A stretch of 64,000 nucleotides of DNA from Opitutia bacterium (GTDB taxonomy: Bacteria; Verrucomicrobiota; Verrucomicrobiia; Opitutales; Opitutaceae): NCBI GenBank assembly GCA_016187925.1, contig JACPIS010000040.1, forward strand, positions 37,242 through 101,241, given 5' to 3'. Position 1 is the first letter of the stretch. Every line of letters begins with the position of its first letter. The position numbers and the translations under genes were made by a program. The notes below the pieces were generated by a model that saw nothing but the letters and a program-made list of their open reading frames with translations, was not told the DNA's origin and made no database searches. This document shows, one piece after another, positions 33,367-43,894 of this stretch.

Positions 33367-33777
33367 CTACTGGTGTTTCACCAGCGCCGCGACGGCCATC
33401 GCGTGGGTGTCGATGTGCGAGAGGCTGAGCCAGACGTGCGTGGCGCCGACCTGGTGCAGGAGCGCGGTGGCTTTGGCGTCGAGGTGGACGAGCGGCTCCT
33501 TGCGCGAGCCGTGGTAGACGGAGATGGATGTCCAGTCGAGGTGCGGGCCGATGCCGGTGGTGAAGCACTTCGACACGGCCTCCTTGGCGGCCCAGCGCGC
33601 GGCGTAGTGCTTGTGCGGGTGGCCGAGGCTGTCGCAGTAGGCGCGCTCCTCGTCGGTGAACACACGCTTGAGAAAGCGCTCGCCGTGCTTCTCGAGCACC
33701 TTGCGGATGCGCTCGGTCTCAATCAGGTCGCAGCCGAGGCCGATGAGGGTGCCGCCGGGAGGAAGGACGATATTCAT
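33367..33777 (-). CDS. acpS: Holo-[acyl-carrier-protein] synthase
   Basis: GLGCDLIE, FTDEE, AARWAAKEAVSK, LSLSH; start ATG 33777. Confidence 0.95.
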   Translation of the reverse strand: MNIVLPPGGTLIGLGCDLIETERIRKVLEKHGERFLKRVFTDEERAYCDSLGHPHKHYAARWAAKEAVSKCFTTGIGPHLDWTSISVYHGSRKEPLVHLDAKATALLHQVGATHVWLSLSHIDTHAMAVAALVKHQ

Positions 33778-33791
33778 GCGGGATCCAAAGT

Positions 33792-33970
33792 GCCCACGAA
33801 ACACACGAAACGACACGAAATTCTGAATTGGCCGGAAGTTGTCATTCTGAGCGAAGCGCAGAATCCAACGACAGGTGCGGTGCGCTCAAGCGTGGATCCT
33901 TCGCTTCGCTCAGGATGACATGGTGCGGGAAATGGAGGCACTTTCGTGTCCTTTCGTGTGTTTCGTGGGC
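33792..33970. repeat. Nested palindromic elements: CACGAAA-array element enclosing a TGTCAT element
   Basis: Outer 29-bp arms 33792-33820 and 33942-33970 (1 mismatch); inner 28-bp arms 33840-33867 and 33893-33920 (3 mismatches). Confidence 0.9.
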
Positions 33971-33977
33971 TTAGCGC

Positions 33978-34721
33978 TCAGGGATTCATTCGCGCCTTCA
34001 TCTCGCGGACGGCTTCCTCGATGCCGGTGAAGAGGGCGCGGCTGATGATGCTGTGGCCGATGTTGAGCTCGTGCAGGTGCGGGATGGTGCGGACCTCGGC
34101 GATGTTGATGTAATTGATGCCGTGGCCGGCGTTGACGACGAGGCCGAGGGCGTGCGCCTGCGTGGCGCCGACGGAGAGGCGCCTGAACTCATCGGCGCGC
34201 GCCGGACCGTGGTAGGCGTTGGCGTAGGCGCCGGTGTGCAGCTCGACCCACGGCGCGCGGAGCTTGGCGGTGAGGGCGATCTGGTGCTCGTCGGCGTCGA
34301 TGAAGAGGCTGGTCTGGATGCCGGCGGCGTTCATGGCGTCGGTCACGCGCGCGACCTTGTCGCGATGCTTCACGACGTCGAGGCCGCCCTCGGTGGTGAT
34401 CTCCTCGCGGCTCTCGGGCACGAGGCAGACGGAATGCGGCTTCAGGCGCAACGCGAGCGCGGTCATCTCCGGCGTGCACGCCATCTCGAGGTTGACCCGG
34501 GTGGTGGCGGCCTCGCACAGCCGGTCGACGTCGCGGTCCTGGATGTGGCGGCGGTCCTCGCGGAGATGGATGGTGATGCCGTCCGCGCCGGCGCGCTCGC
34601 AAAGGAGCGCCAGGGCGACGGGATCGGGCTCGACGTTGCCGCCCGCGGTGGCGCCGGCCTGCCGGTAGCGGGCCTGGCGCACGGTGGCGCAGTGGTCGAT
34701 ATTGACGCCGAGGAGGATCAT
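33978..34721 (-). CDS. pdxJ: Pyridoxine 5'-phosphate synthase
   Basis: LGVNIDH, HLREDRRHIQD, TTEGGL, ELHTG, NAGHG, ELNIGHSII; start ATG 34721. Confidence 0.96.
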   Translation of the reverse strand: MILLGVNIDHCATVRQARYRQAGATAGGNVEPDPVALALLCERAGADGITIHLREDRRHIQDRDVDRLCEAATTRVNLEMACTPEMTALALRLKPHSVCLVPESREEITTEGGLDVVKHRDKVARVTDAMNAAGIQTSLFIDADEHQIALTAKLRAPWVELHTGAYANAYHGPARADEFRRLSVGATQAHALGLVVNAGHGINYINIAEVRTIPHLHELNIGHSIISRALFTGIEEAVREMKARMNP

Positions 34722-34771
34722 GCGGTCGAGGTTGACAGTAGAGGGGCGCCCCCTCTGCTTGGCAAAACGAA

Positions 34772-35542
34772 ATGACCGCCCCGACCCCTTCAGCGCCCAA
34801 GCCAAAACCCGAGAACCTGTGGCTGAACCTGATCTGCAACGTCGCGCTGCCGACGGCGATCCTGACGTGGGGCAGCAGCGACAAGGCGCTCGGACCGAAG
34901 TGGGGCTTGCTGGTCGCCCTCGCCTTTCCCATCGCTTACGGCGTCCACGACTTCGCGCGGCGGCGGCGGATGAATTTCATCTCGATCATCGGCTTCGCCA
35001 GCGTGCTGATCTCGGGCGGCTTCGGATTGCTGAAGCTCGATGGCTTCTGGTTCGCGGTGAAGGACGCCGCGATCCCCGGCCTGATCGGCGTGGCCGTGCT
35101 CGCCTCGATGCGCGCCAAGGAGCCGCTCGTGCATGAGATGCTCTACAACCCGCAGGTGATCGACATCGAGAAGGTGGACGCGGCGCTGACCGCGCGCGGC
35201 GCGCAGGGGGATTTCCAGCAGCTCATGCGCTCGTCGAGCTACCTGCTCGCGCTGGCGTTCGGCGTCAGCGCCGTGCTGAACTTTTTCCTCGCCCGCTACC
35301 TGATCAAGAGCCCGCCCGGCACGGAGGCGTTCAACGCCGAGCTCGCCAAGATGCACCTGTGGAACTGGCCGGTGATCGTGCTGCCCAGCATGGCGATGAT
35401 GCTCTACGCGCTCTTCCGGCTGCTGAAGGGGCTGGAGAAACTGACCGGGCTGACGTTCGATGAAATCATGCACCAGCCCCCGGACAAGAAAACCGCCGCC
35501 CCGGTGACGGAAGCGGCGGGCGAGAAGATGGACGGGGTCTGA
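34772..35542 (+). CDS. VC0807-like multi-pass membrane protein
   Basis: About 6 TM segments; WFAVKDAAIP, PPGTEAFNAEL, WPVIVLP. Confidence 0.75.
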   Translation: MTAPTPSAPKPKPENLWLNLICNVALPTAILTWGSSDKALGPKWGLLVALAFPIAYGVHDFARRRRMNFISIIGFASVLISGGFGLLKLDGFWFAVKDAAIPGLIGVAVLASMRAKEPLVHEMLYNPQVIDIEKVDAALTARGAQGDFQQLMRSSSYLLALAFGVSAVLNFFLARYLIKSPPGTEAFNAELAKMHLWNWPVIVLPSMAMMLYALFRLLKGLEKLTGLTFDEIMHQPPDKKTAAPVTEAAGEKMDGV

Positions 35543-35570
35543 CGAGGCGCGCGGCCGTTAGGAAACCGAT

Positions 35571-35652
35571 GGAGGGCGCGTCTCCTGACGCGCCGCGGGG
35601 ACGCGGGCCCTCCCGGCAAAAGTAAAGGCGGGGTCGGCGACCCCGCCCTACA
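35571..35652. repeat. REP-like cluster between convergent genes
   Basis: 35625-35652 is the exact reverse complement of 27783-27810; preceded by a ggagggc...gccctcc hairpin (35571-35613). Confidence 0.85.
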
Positions 35653-35682
35653 GAGGAAAAGATTCTCTGCGACTGCCCGGGC

Positions 35683-36981
35683 TCAGCTGCGCTTGGCCAT
35701 CGGCACGTAGTCGCGCTTGGGCGAGCCGACGAAGATCTGGCGCGGGCGGTAGATGCGGCCCTTGGCGTTGGAGGCGACTTCCCGCCAGTTGGCGATCCAG
35801 CCCGGCGAGCGGCCGATGGCGAACATGACGGTGAACATGTTCGTGGGGATGCCGAGCGCGCGGAAGATGATGCCGGAATAGAAATCGACGTTCGGGTAGA
35901 GTTTGCGCGAGATGAAGTAGTCGTCCTTCAGCGCGGCCTGTTCGAGGTTCTGGGCGATGTCGAGCAACGGGTCGGACTTGCCGAGTTTGTTGAGCACGAC
36001 GCCGCAAGCCTTGCCGATGACGCGGGCGCGCGGGTCGAAGTTCTTGTAGACCGCGTGGCCGAAGCCCATGAGGCGGTTGCCCTTCGAGCCGGACTTGGCG
36101 GCGGCGATGAAGCGCGTGCCGTCGTCGCCCTCGTCGTGGATCGACTGGAGCATCTGCATGACGGCGACGTTGGCGCCGCCGTGGAGCGGGCCGGAGAGGG
36201 CGTTGACGCCGGCGGCGAGCGAGGTGAAGAGGTTCGCACCGCTGGAGCCGACCATGCGCACCGTGGAGGTGCTGCAGTTCTGCTCGTGGTCGGAGTGCAT
36301 CAGGAGGATGAGGTTCAGCGCCTGCGTGACCTCGGGGATGGAGACGTACTCCTGGTACGGCTCAGAGAACATCAGGTGCAGGAAATTGTCGCAGAACGGC
36401 AGGTCCTTCGGGTGCATGAAGGGCAGCCCGCGGGTGTGGCGGTAGATCATCGCGCCGAGCGTGCGGATCTTCGAGATGGCGATGGCGGCGGCGAGGTCGA
36501 ACTGCTGGAGATCCTTCTCGAAATTGTTCGTGGCGAGCTGCGGGTAATAGGCCGCGAGGGCGCCGACCAGCGAGGAGAGGATGGCCATCGGCGGGGCGTC
36601 CTTGGGGAAGCCTTCGAAGAGGCGCTGCATCTGCGTCTCGACGTGCGCGTTTTCGCGGAGGAGGTTGCCGAAATTCTTGCGCTGCTCCTGCGTGGGCAGC
36701 TCGCCGTAGATGACGAGGTAGGCGGTCTCGACGAACTCCGAGTGCTCGGCCAACTGCTCGATGGGATAGCCGCGGTGGCGGAGGATGCCGTTGTCGCCGT
36801 CGAGGTAGGTGACGGCGCTCTCGCACGAGCCGGTGTTGCCGTAGCCCTGGTCGTAGAAAATATAGCCGGTGTCCTGGCGGAGCTTGCGGGCGTCGACGGC
36901 CTTTTCGCCTTCGGTGCCGATCATCACGGGCAGGGCGATCTCCTTGTCGTCGATTCTAAGCGTAGCGGTCTTCGATTGCAT
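35683..36981 (-). CDS. gltA: Citrate synthase
   Basis: [46 protein letters not shown]. Confidence 0.96.
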   Translation of the reverse strand: MQSKTATLRIDDKEIALPVMIGTEGEKAVDARKLRQDTGYIFYDQGYGNTGSCESAVTYLDGDNGILRHRGYPIEQLAEHSEFVETAYLVIYGELPTQEQRKNFGNLLRENAHVETQMQRLFEGFPKDAPPMAILSSLVGALAAYYPQLATNNFEKDLQQFDLAAAIAISKIRTLGAMIYRHTRGLPFMHPKDLPFCDNFLHLMFSEPYQEYVSIPEVTQALNLILLMHSDHEQNCSTSTVRMVGSSGANLFTSLAAGVNALSGPLHGGANVAVMQMLQSIHDEGDDGTRFIAAAKSGSKGNRLMGFGHAVYKNFDPRARVIGKACGVVLNKLGKSDPLLDIAQNLEQAALKDDYFISRKLYPNVDFYSGIIFRALGIPTNMFTVMFAIGRSPGWIANWREVASNAKGRIYRPRQIFVGSPKRDYVPMAKRS

Positions 36982-37056
36982 GTCGGGGTGTAAGTAAGCT
37001 GGCGGAAATCAGGTCCGATGCAAAGCAAAGCTAGGGCCAAACACGAGCCGTTCCGA

Positions 37057-37084
37057 CAAATAAGCCACACAAGCCGTGGCTTTT
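37057..37084 (-). terminator. Possible terminator after the guaA-hypothetical operon
   Basis: aagccac...gtggctt stem with T-rich flanks on both strands. Confidence 0.45.
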
Positions 37085-37139
37085 AGAAAAAGTGAAACGG
37101 CGGCCGGAGCGTGGTTGGAGCCGGCCCGAGGCGCGGCGC

Positions 37140-37916
37140 TTACGGTTTCGGCAGCAACGTCGGCACGGCGAACTCGCTGGCCGGGAGGTTCTCGTTCACC
37201 TTGATGCTATCGAAGGTGATGGTCGTGACGTCGCCCGTCGGGGTCTTGTTGAAGAGCTTCTTCGGGTAGCGGACGCCGTCGATGATGGTCTCGCCCTCCT
37301 CGCGAATCTCCCCGCCGGTTTCCGTGACAGTCTTGACCAGGCGGCCGGTGTCCTTGTCGAAATAGCGCAAAAAGGTGATGTTATCGGCGTGGCTGAAGAG
37401 CAGTTTCACGCAGGGCTTGCCGTCGACCGTCTCCTCGCCCCGCAACTGGATGTTGCCGCCCAACCGCTCGATGCCGCGGTAGAACGAAAGGTTCTCCCAA
37501 GTGTTGGCGCGGAGGCGCTTGATCTGGTTGGGATCGAGCAGCGTCAGCTGCCACTGGTCCTCCTTGTTGGCGTCGGCCCGGCGCATCCAGCCGTCGTAAC
37601 CGTCGAGTGCGGTGGTCTCGACGACCTTGTCCGAACGCAGCACGATGCGCTGCCGGTAGGGTTTTTGGAAAACGATGTCGATGCCCAGCCGGAGGGGCAC
37701 GGTGGTCATGACCTTGGGGTCGGCCTTGGAGGGCACCTGCTGGGTGGTCTCCAGCGTACCCTTGAAATGGACCGACCAGACGGCATCGAGGGCGCTGTCA
37801 CTGCCGAGGGCGGCCCGGGCCTTGGCAATCCACGCGTCAATCTGCGCGTCGGCGAAGGCGGACAGGGTCAGGACCGAGAACAAAGCAAACAGCCGGAAAA
37901 CTAGACGAACTTTCAT
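37140..37916 (-). CDS. Secreted hypothetical protein (LolA/lipoprotein-sorting-like beta fold possible)
   Basis: Signal peptide, beta-rich sequence, YFDKDTGRLVK; start ATG 37916. Confidence 0.7.
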   Translation of the reverse strand: MKVRLVFRLFALFSVLTLSAFADAQIDAWIAKARAALGSDSALDAVWSVHFKGTLETTQQVPSKADPKVMTTVPLRLGIDIVFQKPYRQRIVLRSDKVVETTALDGYDGWMRRADANKEDQWQLTLLDPNQIKRLRANTWENLSFYRGIERLGGNIQLRGEETVDGKPCVKLLFSHADNITFLRYFDKDTGRLVKTVTETGGEIREEGETIIDGVRYPKKLFNKTPTGDVTTITFDSIKVNENLPASEFAVPTLLPKP

Positions 37917-37972
37917 GGGGTGACTGACATCCAAACTGGTTGCCGGTGCCGTCCTGCGCAAGGGGGAACTGC

Positions 37973-39514
37973 TCACTCCCACTCGATGGTCGCCGGCGGC
38001 TTCGAGCTGATATCGAGCACCACCCGGCTGACGCCCCGCACCTCGTTGGTGATGCGGCTGGAGATCTTCTGCAGCAGGTCGTGGGGCACCCGGGCCCAGT
38101 CGGCCGTCATGGCATCGGTGCTTTCGACGATGCGGAGGGCGATGACGTAGTCGTAGGTGCGCTCGTCGCCGAACACGCCGACGGTCTTCACCGGCAGGAA
38201 GACGGCGAAGGACTGCCAGACCTTCCAGTAGAGGCCCGACTGCATCATCTCCTCCTGCAGGACGGCGTCGGCATTGCGCAGGATCTCGAGTTTCTCGGCG
38301 GTGATGTCGCCCATCACGCGCACACCGAGGCCGGGGCCCGGGAAGGGCTGGCGCCAGACGACCTCGCGCGGCAGACCGAGGGCCGCGCCGACCCGGCGCA
38401 CCTCGTCCTTGAACAGCTCGCGGAGCGGCTCGATGAGCTTGAGCTTCATGCGCGCGGGCAGGCCGCCGACGTTGTGGTGGGTCTTGATGAGCGAGGCGGG
38501 GTTGCCCTGGATCGACACGGACTCGATGACGTCAGGGTAAAGCGTCCCCTGCCCCAGGAACTCGGCGTGGTGGCCGATCTGCTTGAGCGTCTTCTCGAAA
38601 ACCTCGACGAAGGTGCGGCCGATGATCTTGCGCTTGGTCTCGGGCTCGGTGACGCCCTTGAGGCGCTTGAGGAAGAGCGCGGAAGCGTCGACGACACGCA
38701 GGTCGATATGGAAATGCTTCCCGTAAAGCTCGCGCACGTAGTCGCGCTCGCCCTTGCGGAGCAGGCCGTTGTCCACGAACACGCAGGTGAGCTGCTTGCC
38801 GATGGCTTTGTGGAGGAGCGCGGCGGCCACGGAGGAATCGACACCGCCGGAGAGGCCGAGGAGCACGCGGCCCTTGCCCACCTTGGCGCGGATGTCGGCC
38901 ACGGCGTGGGCGATGAAGTCCTTGGTCGTCCAGTCCTGCTCCGCCCCGCAGACGCCTACGAGGAAGTTGCGGATCATGTCCACGCCGCGCTCCGTGTGGA
39001 AAACCTCGGGATGAAACTGGATGCCGTAGAAGCCGCGCTTGGCGTCCTCGATCGCGGAATAGGGCGAGTTCTCGGACACGCCGGTGGCGACGAAGCCCGG
39101 CGGGAGCTGGGCGAGCTTGTCGCCATGGGAGTTCCAGATGCGGAGCTTGCGCGGGAGGCCCTTGAAGAGCTTGCCGGGCTTCTTGATGGTCAGGTGGCCG
39201 TGGCCGTATTCGCGCGCCTTGCTGTGCTCGACCTTGCCGCCGAGGAAATGGCCCATGAGCTGCACGCCGTAGCAGATGCCGAGGACGGGCACGCCGAGTT
39301 GGAAGATTTCCGGATCGGGATGCGGGGCCTGGCGCGCGTAAACGCTTTGCGGGCCGCCGGAGAGGATGATGCCAATGACTCCTTCTTCGCGGAGTTTGGC
39401 GGCCGGCGTGCTGAAGTGGTAGATCTTCGAGTAGACCTGCGACTCGCGGATGCGGCGGGCGATGACCTGCGTCAGTTGGGAACCAAAATCGAGGACGGCG
39501 ATTGTCTGTGCCAT
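37973..39514 (-). CDS. guaA: GMP synthase (glutamine-hydrolyzing)
   Basis: [44 protein letters not shown]. Confidence 0.97.
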   Translation of the reverse strand: MAQTIAVLDFGSQLTQVIARRIRESQVYSKIYHFSTPAAKLREEGVIGIILSGGPQSVYARQAPHPDPEIFQLGVPVLGICYGVQLMGHFLGGKVEHSKAREYGHGHLTIKKPGKLFKGLPRKLRIWNSHGDKLAQLPPGFVATGVSENSPYSAIEDAKRGFYGIQFHPEVFHTERGVDMIRNFLVGVCGAEQDWTTKDFIAHAVADIRAKVGKGRVLLGLSGGVDSSVAAALLHKAIGKQLTCVFVDNGLLRKGERDYVRELYGKHFHIDLRVVDASALFLKRLKGVTEPETKRKIIGRTFVEVFEKTLKQIGHHAEFLGQGTLYPDVIESVSIQGNPASLIKTHHNVGGLPARMKLKLIEPLRELFKDEVRRVGAALGLPREVVWRQPFPGPGLGVRVMGDITAEKLEILRNADAVLQEEMMQSGLYWKVWQSFAVFLPVKTVGVFGDERTYDYVIALRIVESTDAMTADWARVPHDLLQKISSRITNEVRGVSRVVLDISSKPPATIEWE

Positions 39515-39583
39515 GCGAAGTTATGGGGGAAGGGCCGCGCGCGAATCAATCCCTTTTCCTGCGGCCCTCCGCCCCAATGCGTC

Positions 39584-41359
39584 CTAATGGCCGGCCGGCT
39601 GGTCCAGCCAGGCCCGGATGTGCGCCTCGAGCACGGCGAGCGGCATGGCGCCTTCCCGCAGTATCTCGTCATGGAAGCCCCGGAGGTCGAACCGGGCGCC
39701 GAGCTGCTGCTCGCCCCGGGTCCGGAGCTCGCGGATCTTGAGCTGGCCAATCTTGTAGCCGAGCGCCTGGCCGGGCCAGGCCATGTAACGCTCGATCTCG
39801 GCCTGCTGTTTGTCCGGGGTCCCGCCCTCGTTCTCCGCCCCGTAGGCCAGGGCCTGCTCGCGCGTCCAGCCCTTGGCGTGCAGGCCGGTGTCGACCACGA
39901 GCCGCACGGCCCGGTGCATGTCGCCGAACAGCATCCCGAGGTACTGGTAGGGGTCGGCGTAGACCCCGAGCTCACGACCGAGACTCTCGGTGTAGAGCGC
40001 CCAGCCCTCGACGTAGGCGTTGCTGGCGTCGCAGCGGCGGAAACGCGGCAGGCCGGTGTTCTCCAGCGCGAGGGAGATTTGGAAATGGTGACCGGGGATC
40101 GCCTCGTGCAGGAACAGATCCTCCATGCGCGGCGTGGTGAACTTCCGGGCGTCGACGATGGGCACATAAAAGATTCCCGGGCGGGTGCCGTCCGCGGCGC
40201 CGGCGCTGTATTCCGCCGAGGCCGCCGCGGCGCGAAACGCCTCGGTGGCACGGATCTCGAACTTGGTGCGCGGCACACGGCCGAAGAATTTCGGGATGTT
40301 GGCCATGACGCGCACCTCGATGGCCCGGTAGCCGTTGAGCACTTCCTCCTCGCTCTTGAACGGCGTGAACTGCGGGTCGGTGGCGACGAATTTCAGGAAA
40401 TCGTTCAGGGTGCCCTTGAAGCCGACCTGCGCCTGGACCTTCTCCATCTCGCCGCGGATGCGGGCCACCTCGTGCAGGCCGAGCTCGTGGATCTGTTCCG
40501 GCGTCAGCGCGGTGGTCGTCTGCAACCGGACACAATAGGCGTAGAGCTCCTTGCCTCCGGGCAACGCGCCGACGCCCGCGGTGTCGCGGCAGTGCGGCAG
40601 GTATTCGTCACGGATGAAGGCGTGCAACCGGGCGTAGGCGGGCAGCACGATGCCGCGGAGGCCGGCGCGGTAGTCGGCGGCGAGCTTGTCCTTGTCCGCC
40701 GCGCTGAGATCGGCCGGGAGTTTTTGCAGGGGACCGAAGAAGATGTTCTTCGCCTCATCGTCGGCCATGAGCGGTTCGAGCTGCGGCAGCACGCGCTCCA
40801 TGAGGATGCGCGGTGGCACGACGCCCTTGGCCACGCCCTCCTGCATGTTGGCGATGGCGGTGTCGACCCACACACTGAAGCCGCGCGCGCGGCTGAGGAA
40901 GTTGCGGAAATCCTGCGCGGTGTTGAACGGGTGGGCGGAGGTCCCCGAGCCCATCTGGGCAAAGACCAACGTCGGGCAGTTGAACTGGTTGACCGGCAGC
41001 AGGTGCAACGACTGCCGCAAGCCCTCGCGGCGGAGCGTGAGATTCCACCGCAACATGTCGTAGCTGAGCTGGTCGGTCGTGGAGAGCGCGGCGCGGTCAT
41101 ATTTCGCCAGTGTGCCCAGATATTTCTCGCACAGGGCGGCGACCTGGGCGCGGTGTTCGGCGCCGATGTCGTTCGGCCAGACCGCCTCGTAGCGGTGGTC
41201 GTTGTCGCCGTTGACGGCGGCCTCGACGGGAAACAGCGCGAGGTATTCCTCGTAATAGTTGTCGAGTGTCGCATGGAAGCGCGACACGACCGCATCGTCG
41301 GCCCGGAGGGCGGTGCAAAGCGCGAGAATCAGAAGCGTGGGAATCAGGCGTTTCAGCAT
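39584..41359 (-). CDS. DUF885 family protein (putative metallopeptidase)
   Basis: HEAIPGHHFQ, YVEGWALY, RAVRLVVDTGLH, PGQALGYKIG; signal peptide; start ATG 41359. Confidence 0.92.
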   Translation of the reverse strand: MLKRLIPTLLILALCTALRADDAVVSRFHATLDNYYEEYLALFPVEAAVNGDNDHRYEAVWPNDIGAEHRAQVAALCEKYLGTLAKYDRAALSTTDQLSYDMLRWNLTLRREGLRQSLHLLPVNQFNCPTLVFAQMGSGTSAHPFNTAQDFRNFLSRARGFSVWVDTAIANMQEGVAKGVVPPRILMERVLPQLEPLMADDEAKNIFFGPLQKLPADLSAADKDKLAADYRAGLRGIVLPAYARLHAFIRDEYLPHCRDTAGVGALPGGKELYAYCVRLQTTTALTPEQIHELGLHEVARIRGEMEKVQAQVGFKGTLNDFLKFVATDPQFTPFKSEEEVLNGYRAIEVRVMANIPKFFGRVPRTKFEIRATEAFRAAAASAEYSAGAADGTRPGIFYVPIVDARKFTTPRMEDLFLHEAIPGHHFQISLALENTGLPRFRRCDASNAYVEGWALYTESLGRELGVYADPYQYLGMLFGDMHRAVRLVVDTGLHAKGWTREQALAYGAENEGGTPDKQQAEIERYMAWPGQALGYKIGQLKIRELRTRGEQQLGARFDLRGFHDEILREGAMPLAVLEAHIRAWLDQPAGH

Positions 41360-41487
41360 GGGGAAATGGCTAACCACTCACGCACGCTAATCGATACAAA
41401 TGCGGCGGAGAGAGGCACACCCGCGATGACTGCGGCCTGCCATCTGTTCGAGCGCGCGGCGGCGGGAACATCCGCCCCGGCAGGCCT

Positions 41488-41724
41488 TCAGAATTTCAAC
41501 CGGGTATTCTGGTGTCCGCACTTGGGGCAAGGCGCGGTGGCGGTGCCGGCTTTCTCCGTGTAGAGCGTGTCGCACCGGATGCAGTGGAAGCTGATCTTCC
41601 GGCGGCCCGCATCGTAGAGCGCCCGGTCACGGCGGTCATAGTAGACCCAGAGGAAGCCGAATACGCCCAGCACCAGCAGGCCGTAGAGAACGACATCGAG
41701 GGTGAAATCAGGCGGCGTGACCAT
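41488..41724 (-). CDS. Small protein: N-terminal TM helix plus C4 zinc ribbon
   Basis: 78 aa at the end of ORF 41488..43716: TM VVLYGLLVLGVFGFLWVYY, then CIRC...CPKC. Confidence 0.78.
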   Translation of the reverse strand: MVTPPDFTLDVVLYGLLVLGVFGFLWVYYDRRDRALYDAGRRKISFHCIRCDTLYTEKAGTATAPCPKCGHQNTRLKF

Positions 41725-41823
41725 GCCGCAGCATCGGACGGAGCCCGCGCCGCGCCAAGGGCAAATGAAGACACACTTCTCCCTCGCGCCCTTGCGCGCG
41801 CAACGCATCCTCGGCATTTGCGT

Positions 41824-43776
41824 ATGAGACTTTCCCCTCTCTCCCGGTTTCAACTCGCTGCGGCGGGTTGTCTCGCTCTCACGATCGCTTCGGCCCGGCT
41901 CGGGGCCGACGTCATTCCCGCCTCGCTCTTCTGCGATCACGCGGTGCTGCAACAAGGCCTGCCTGTGCCCGTCTGGGGCACGGCCGACGAAGGCGAGCAG
42001 GTGGCGGTCGAGTTCGCGGGCCAGCACGTGAGCACCACCGCCCACGATGGTCGCTGGCTCGTGCGGTTGGCCCCGCTCCAAGCCGGTGGACCGCACACGC
42101 TCACGATCACGGGACGCAATCGCGTGGTCATTTCCGATGTGCTCGTCGGCGAAGTCTGGGTGTGCAGCGGCCAGTCGAACATGGAACGCCATCTCGGGCC
42201 GCAGGAAGGCCAGCTGCCGCTCGTCAACTGGGAGCTTGCGGTCGCCGCGGCCGACTTGCCGCAAATCCGCCACTTCGGCGTGGCGCACAAGATCACGTTC
42301 GGCCCCGAGACCGCCGTCGACGGGCAATGGCTCGTCTGCTCGCCCGCCACCGCGCCCGAATTCACCGCGGTCGGCTTCTATTTCGGCCGCGCCATCCATC
42401 AGGCGCGCGGCGTGCCCGTCGGCCTCATCCACAGTTCCTGGGGCGGCACGCCCGCCGAGGCGTGGATGAGCGGTGCCGCCCTCGATGCGCAACCGGATTA
42501 CGCCACGGCGCGCGCCGACCAGGAACTGGCCCGCAAGGATCCCGCGGCGGCCCGCGCCCGCTTCGAGCAGAACCGCGCCAACTGGTACGCCCAGGGCGAC
42601 CCCGGCCAGCGGGCCGCCGTGCCGTGGAACGCGCCCCAAGCCGACGAGACCGGCTGGGGCACGATGCAGCTGCCCGCCGAATGGGAAAAGGCCGGCCTGC
42701 CCGACTACGACGGCCTCGTCTGGTTCCGTCGCGAGTTCGAGCTGCCGGCCGACTGGGCCGGCCATCCGGCCGATCTGCATCTCGGGGCCATCGACGATGC
42801 CGACACGACCTGGGTGAACGGCCAGCAGGTCGGCGCCACGCACGATTGGCAGGCTCGGCGCGTCTACCCGGTGCCCGCCGTGTTGCTCCACCCCGGACGC
42901 AACGTCGTGGCTGTGCGCGTGCTCGACACCGGTGGCGGCGGCGGCCTGTGGGGCAACGGCGACGCGATGCGACTCACCCGCTCCGATGACCCCACGCACG
43001 CCCCCATCAGCCTGAGCGGCGCCTGGCGCTACCGGGCCGCGGCCACGCTTGAGTCGCTTCCCCCGCTCCCGCTGGAAATGTTCCAGAACGCCAATGTCCC
43101 CGGCGTGCTCTTCAACGGCATGATCGCCCCGTTGCAGCCCTACGCCATCCGCGGTGTCATCTGGTATCAGGGCGAGACCAATTCCGGGCGCTCGCGGCAG
43201 TATCGCACGCTGTTCCCGGCTCTCATCGCCGATTGGCGGCGTGGTTGGGGCGAAGGCGACTTCCCGTTCCTCTTCGTGCAAATCGCGCCGCACGACGGCA
43301 TGGTGCCCGGCATCCGTGAGGCGCAGCTGCTGGCGTGGCAGAACACGCCCAACACCGCCATGGCCGTGACCCTCGACGTGGGCAACGAGACGGATATCCA
43401 TCCCGCCAACAAGCAGCCTGTGGGCGAGCGCCTCGCGCTCGCGGCGCGCGCGCTGGCCTACGGCGAGCAGTTGGAATACTCCGGCCCGGTCTACGCGTCG
43501 GCCGAGTTCAAGGCCGGCCGCGCCGTGCTGCACTTCACGCATGTCGGCGGCGGACTCGTCGCCCCCGGCGGCGAACTGCACGGCTTCACCGTCGCCGGTG
43601 CCGACCAGGTTTTCCATCCCGCCCAAGCCATGATCGTAGGCGACACGATCGAGGTGAGCGCCGAGGGCGTGACGGGGCCCGTGGCCGTGCGCTACGCATG
43701 GGCCAACTTCGCCCAAGGCAATCTCTACAACCGCACCGGCCTGCCCGCCTCGCCGTTCCGGACGGACGTAGACTGA
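41824..43776 (+). CDS. Sialate O-acetylesterase (SGNH) with inserted sugar-binding domain
   Basis: VWVCSGQSNME, SWGGTPAEAW, WYQGETN, DIHP, GLPASPFRTD; start ATG 41824. Confidence 0.92.
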   Translation: MRLSPLSRFQLAAAGCLALTIASARLGADVIPASLFCDHAVLQQGLPVPVWGTADEGEQVAVEFAGQHVSTTAHDGRWLVRLAPLQAGGPHTLTITGRNRVVISDVLVGEVWVCSGQSNMERHLGPQEGQLPLVNWELAVAAADLPQIRHFGVAHKITFGPETAVDGQWLVCSPATAPEFTAVGFYFGRAIHQARGVPVGLIHSSWGGTPAEAWMSGAALDAQPDYATARADQELARKDPAAARARFEQNRANWYAQGDPGQRAAVPWNAPQADETGWGTMQLPAEWEKAGLPDYDGLVWFRREFELPADWAGHPADLHLGAIDDADTTWVNGQQVGATHDWQARRVYPVPAVLLHPGRNVVAVRVLDTGGGGGLWGNGDAMRLTRSDDPTHAPISLSGAWRYRAAATLESLPPLPLEMFQNANVPGVLFNGMIAPLQPYAIRGVIWYQGETNSGRSRQYRTLFPALIADWRRGWGEGDFPFLFVQIAPHDGMVPGIREAQLLAWQNTPNTAMAVTLDVGNETDIHPANKQPVGERLALAARALAYGEQLEYSGPVYASAEFKAGRAVLHFTHVGGGLVAPGGELHGFTVAGADQVFHPAQAMIVGDTIEVSAEGVTGPVAVRYAWANFAQGNLYNRTGLPASPFRTDVD

Positions 43777-43830
43777 GGCTGGCGACCGGCTGCGACCTTG
43801 TTTGTCGCGGACGAAGTTCGCTCACTCGCC

Positions 43831-43866
43831 AAAGAAAAACGCGCCGACCTGGCGGTGCGGCGCGTT
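43831..43866 (-). terminator. Terminator of the alpha operon (after rplQ)
   Basis: aacgcgccg/cggcgcgtt stem, followed by tttttcttt on the minus strand. Confidence 0.75.
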
Positions 43867-43894
43867 GAAGTTTTGCGGAAGTTAAGCGCGAGGC

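Noticed and set aside
37940..41563. 1207-aa plus-strand ORF
   Set aside because: Antisense shadow of guaA and the DUF885 gene.
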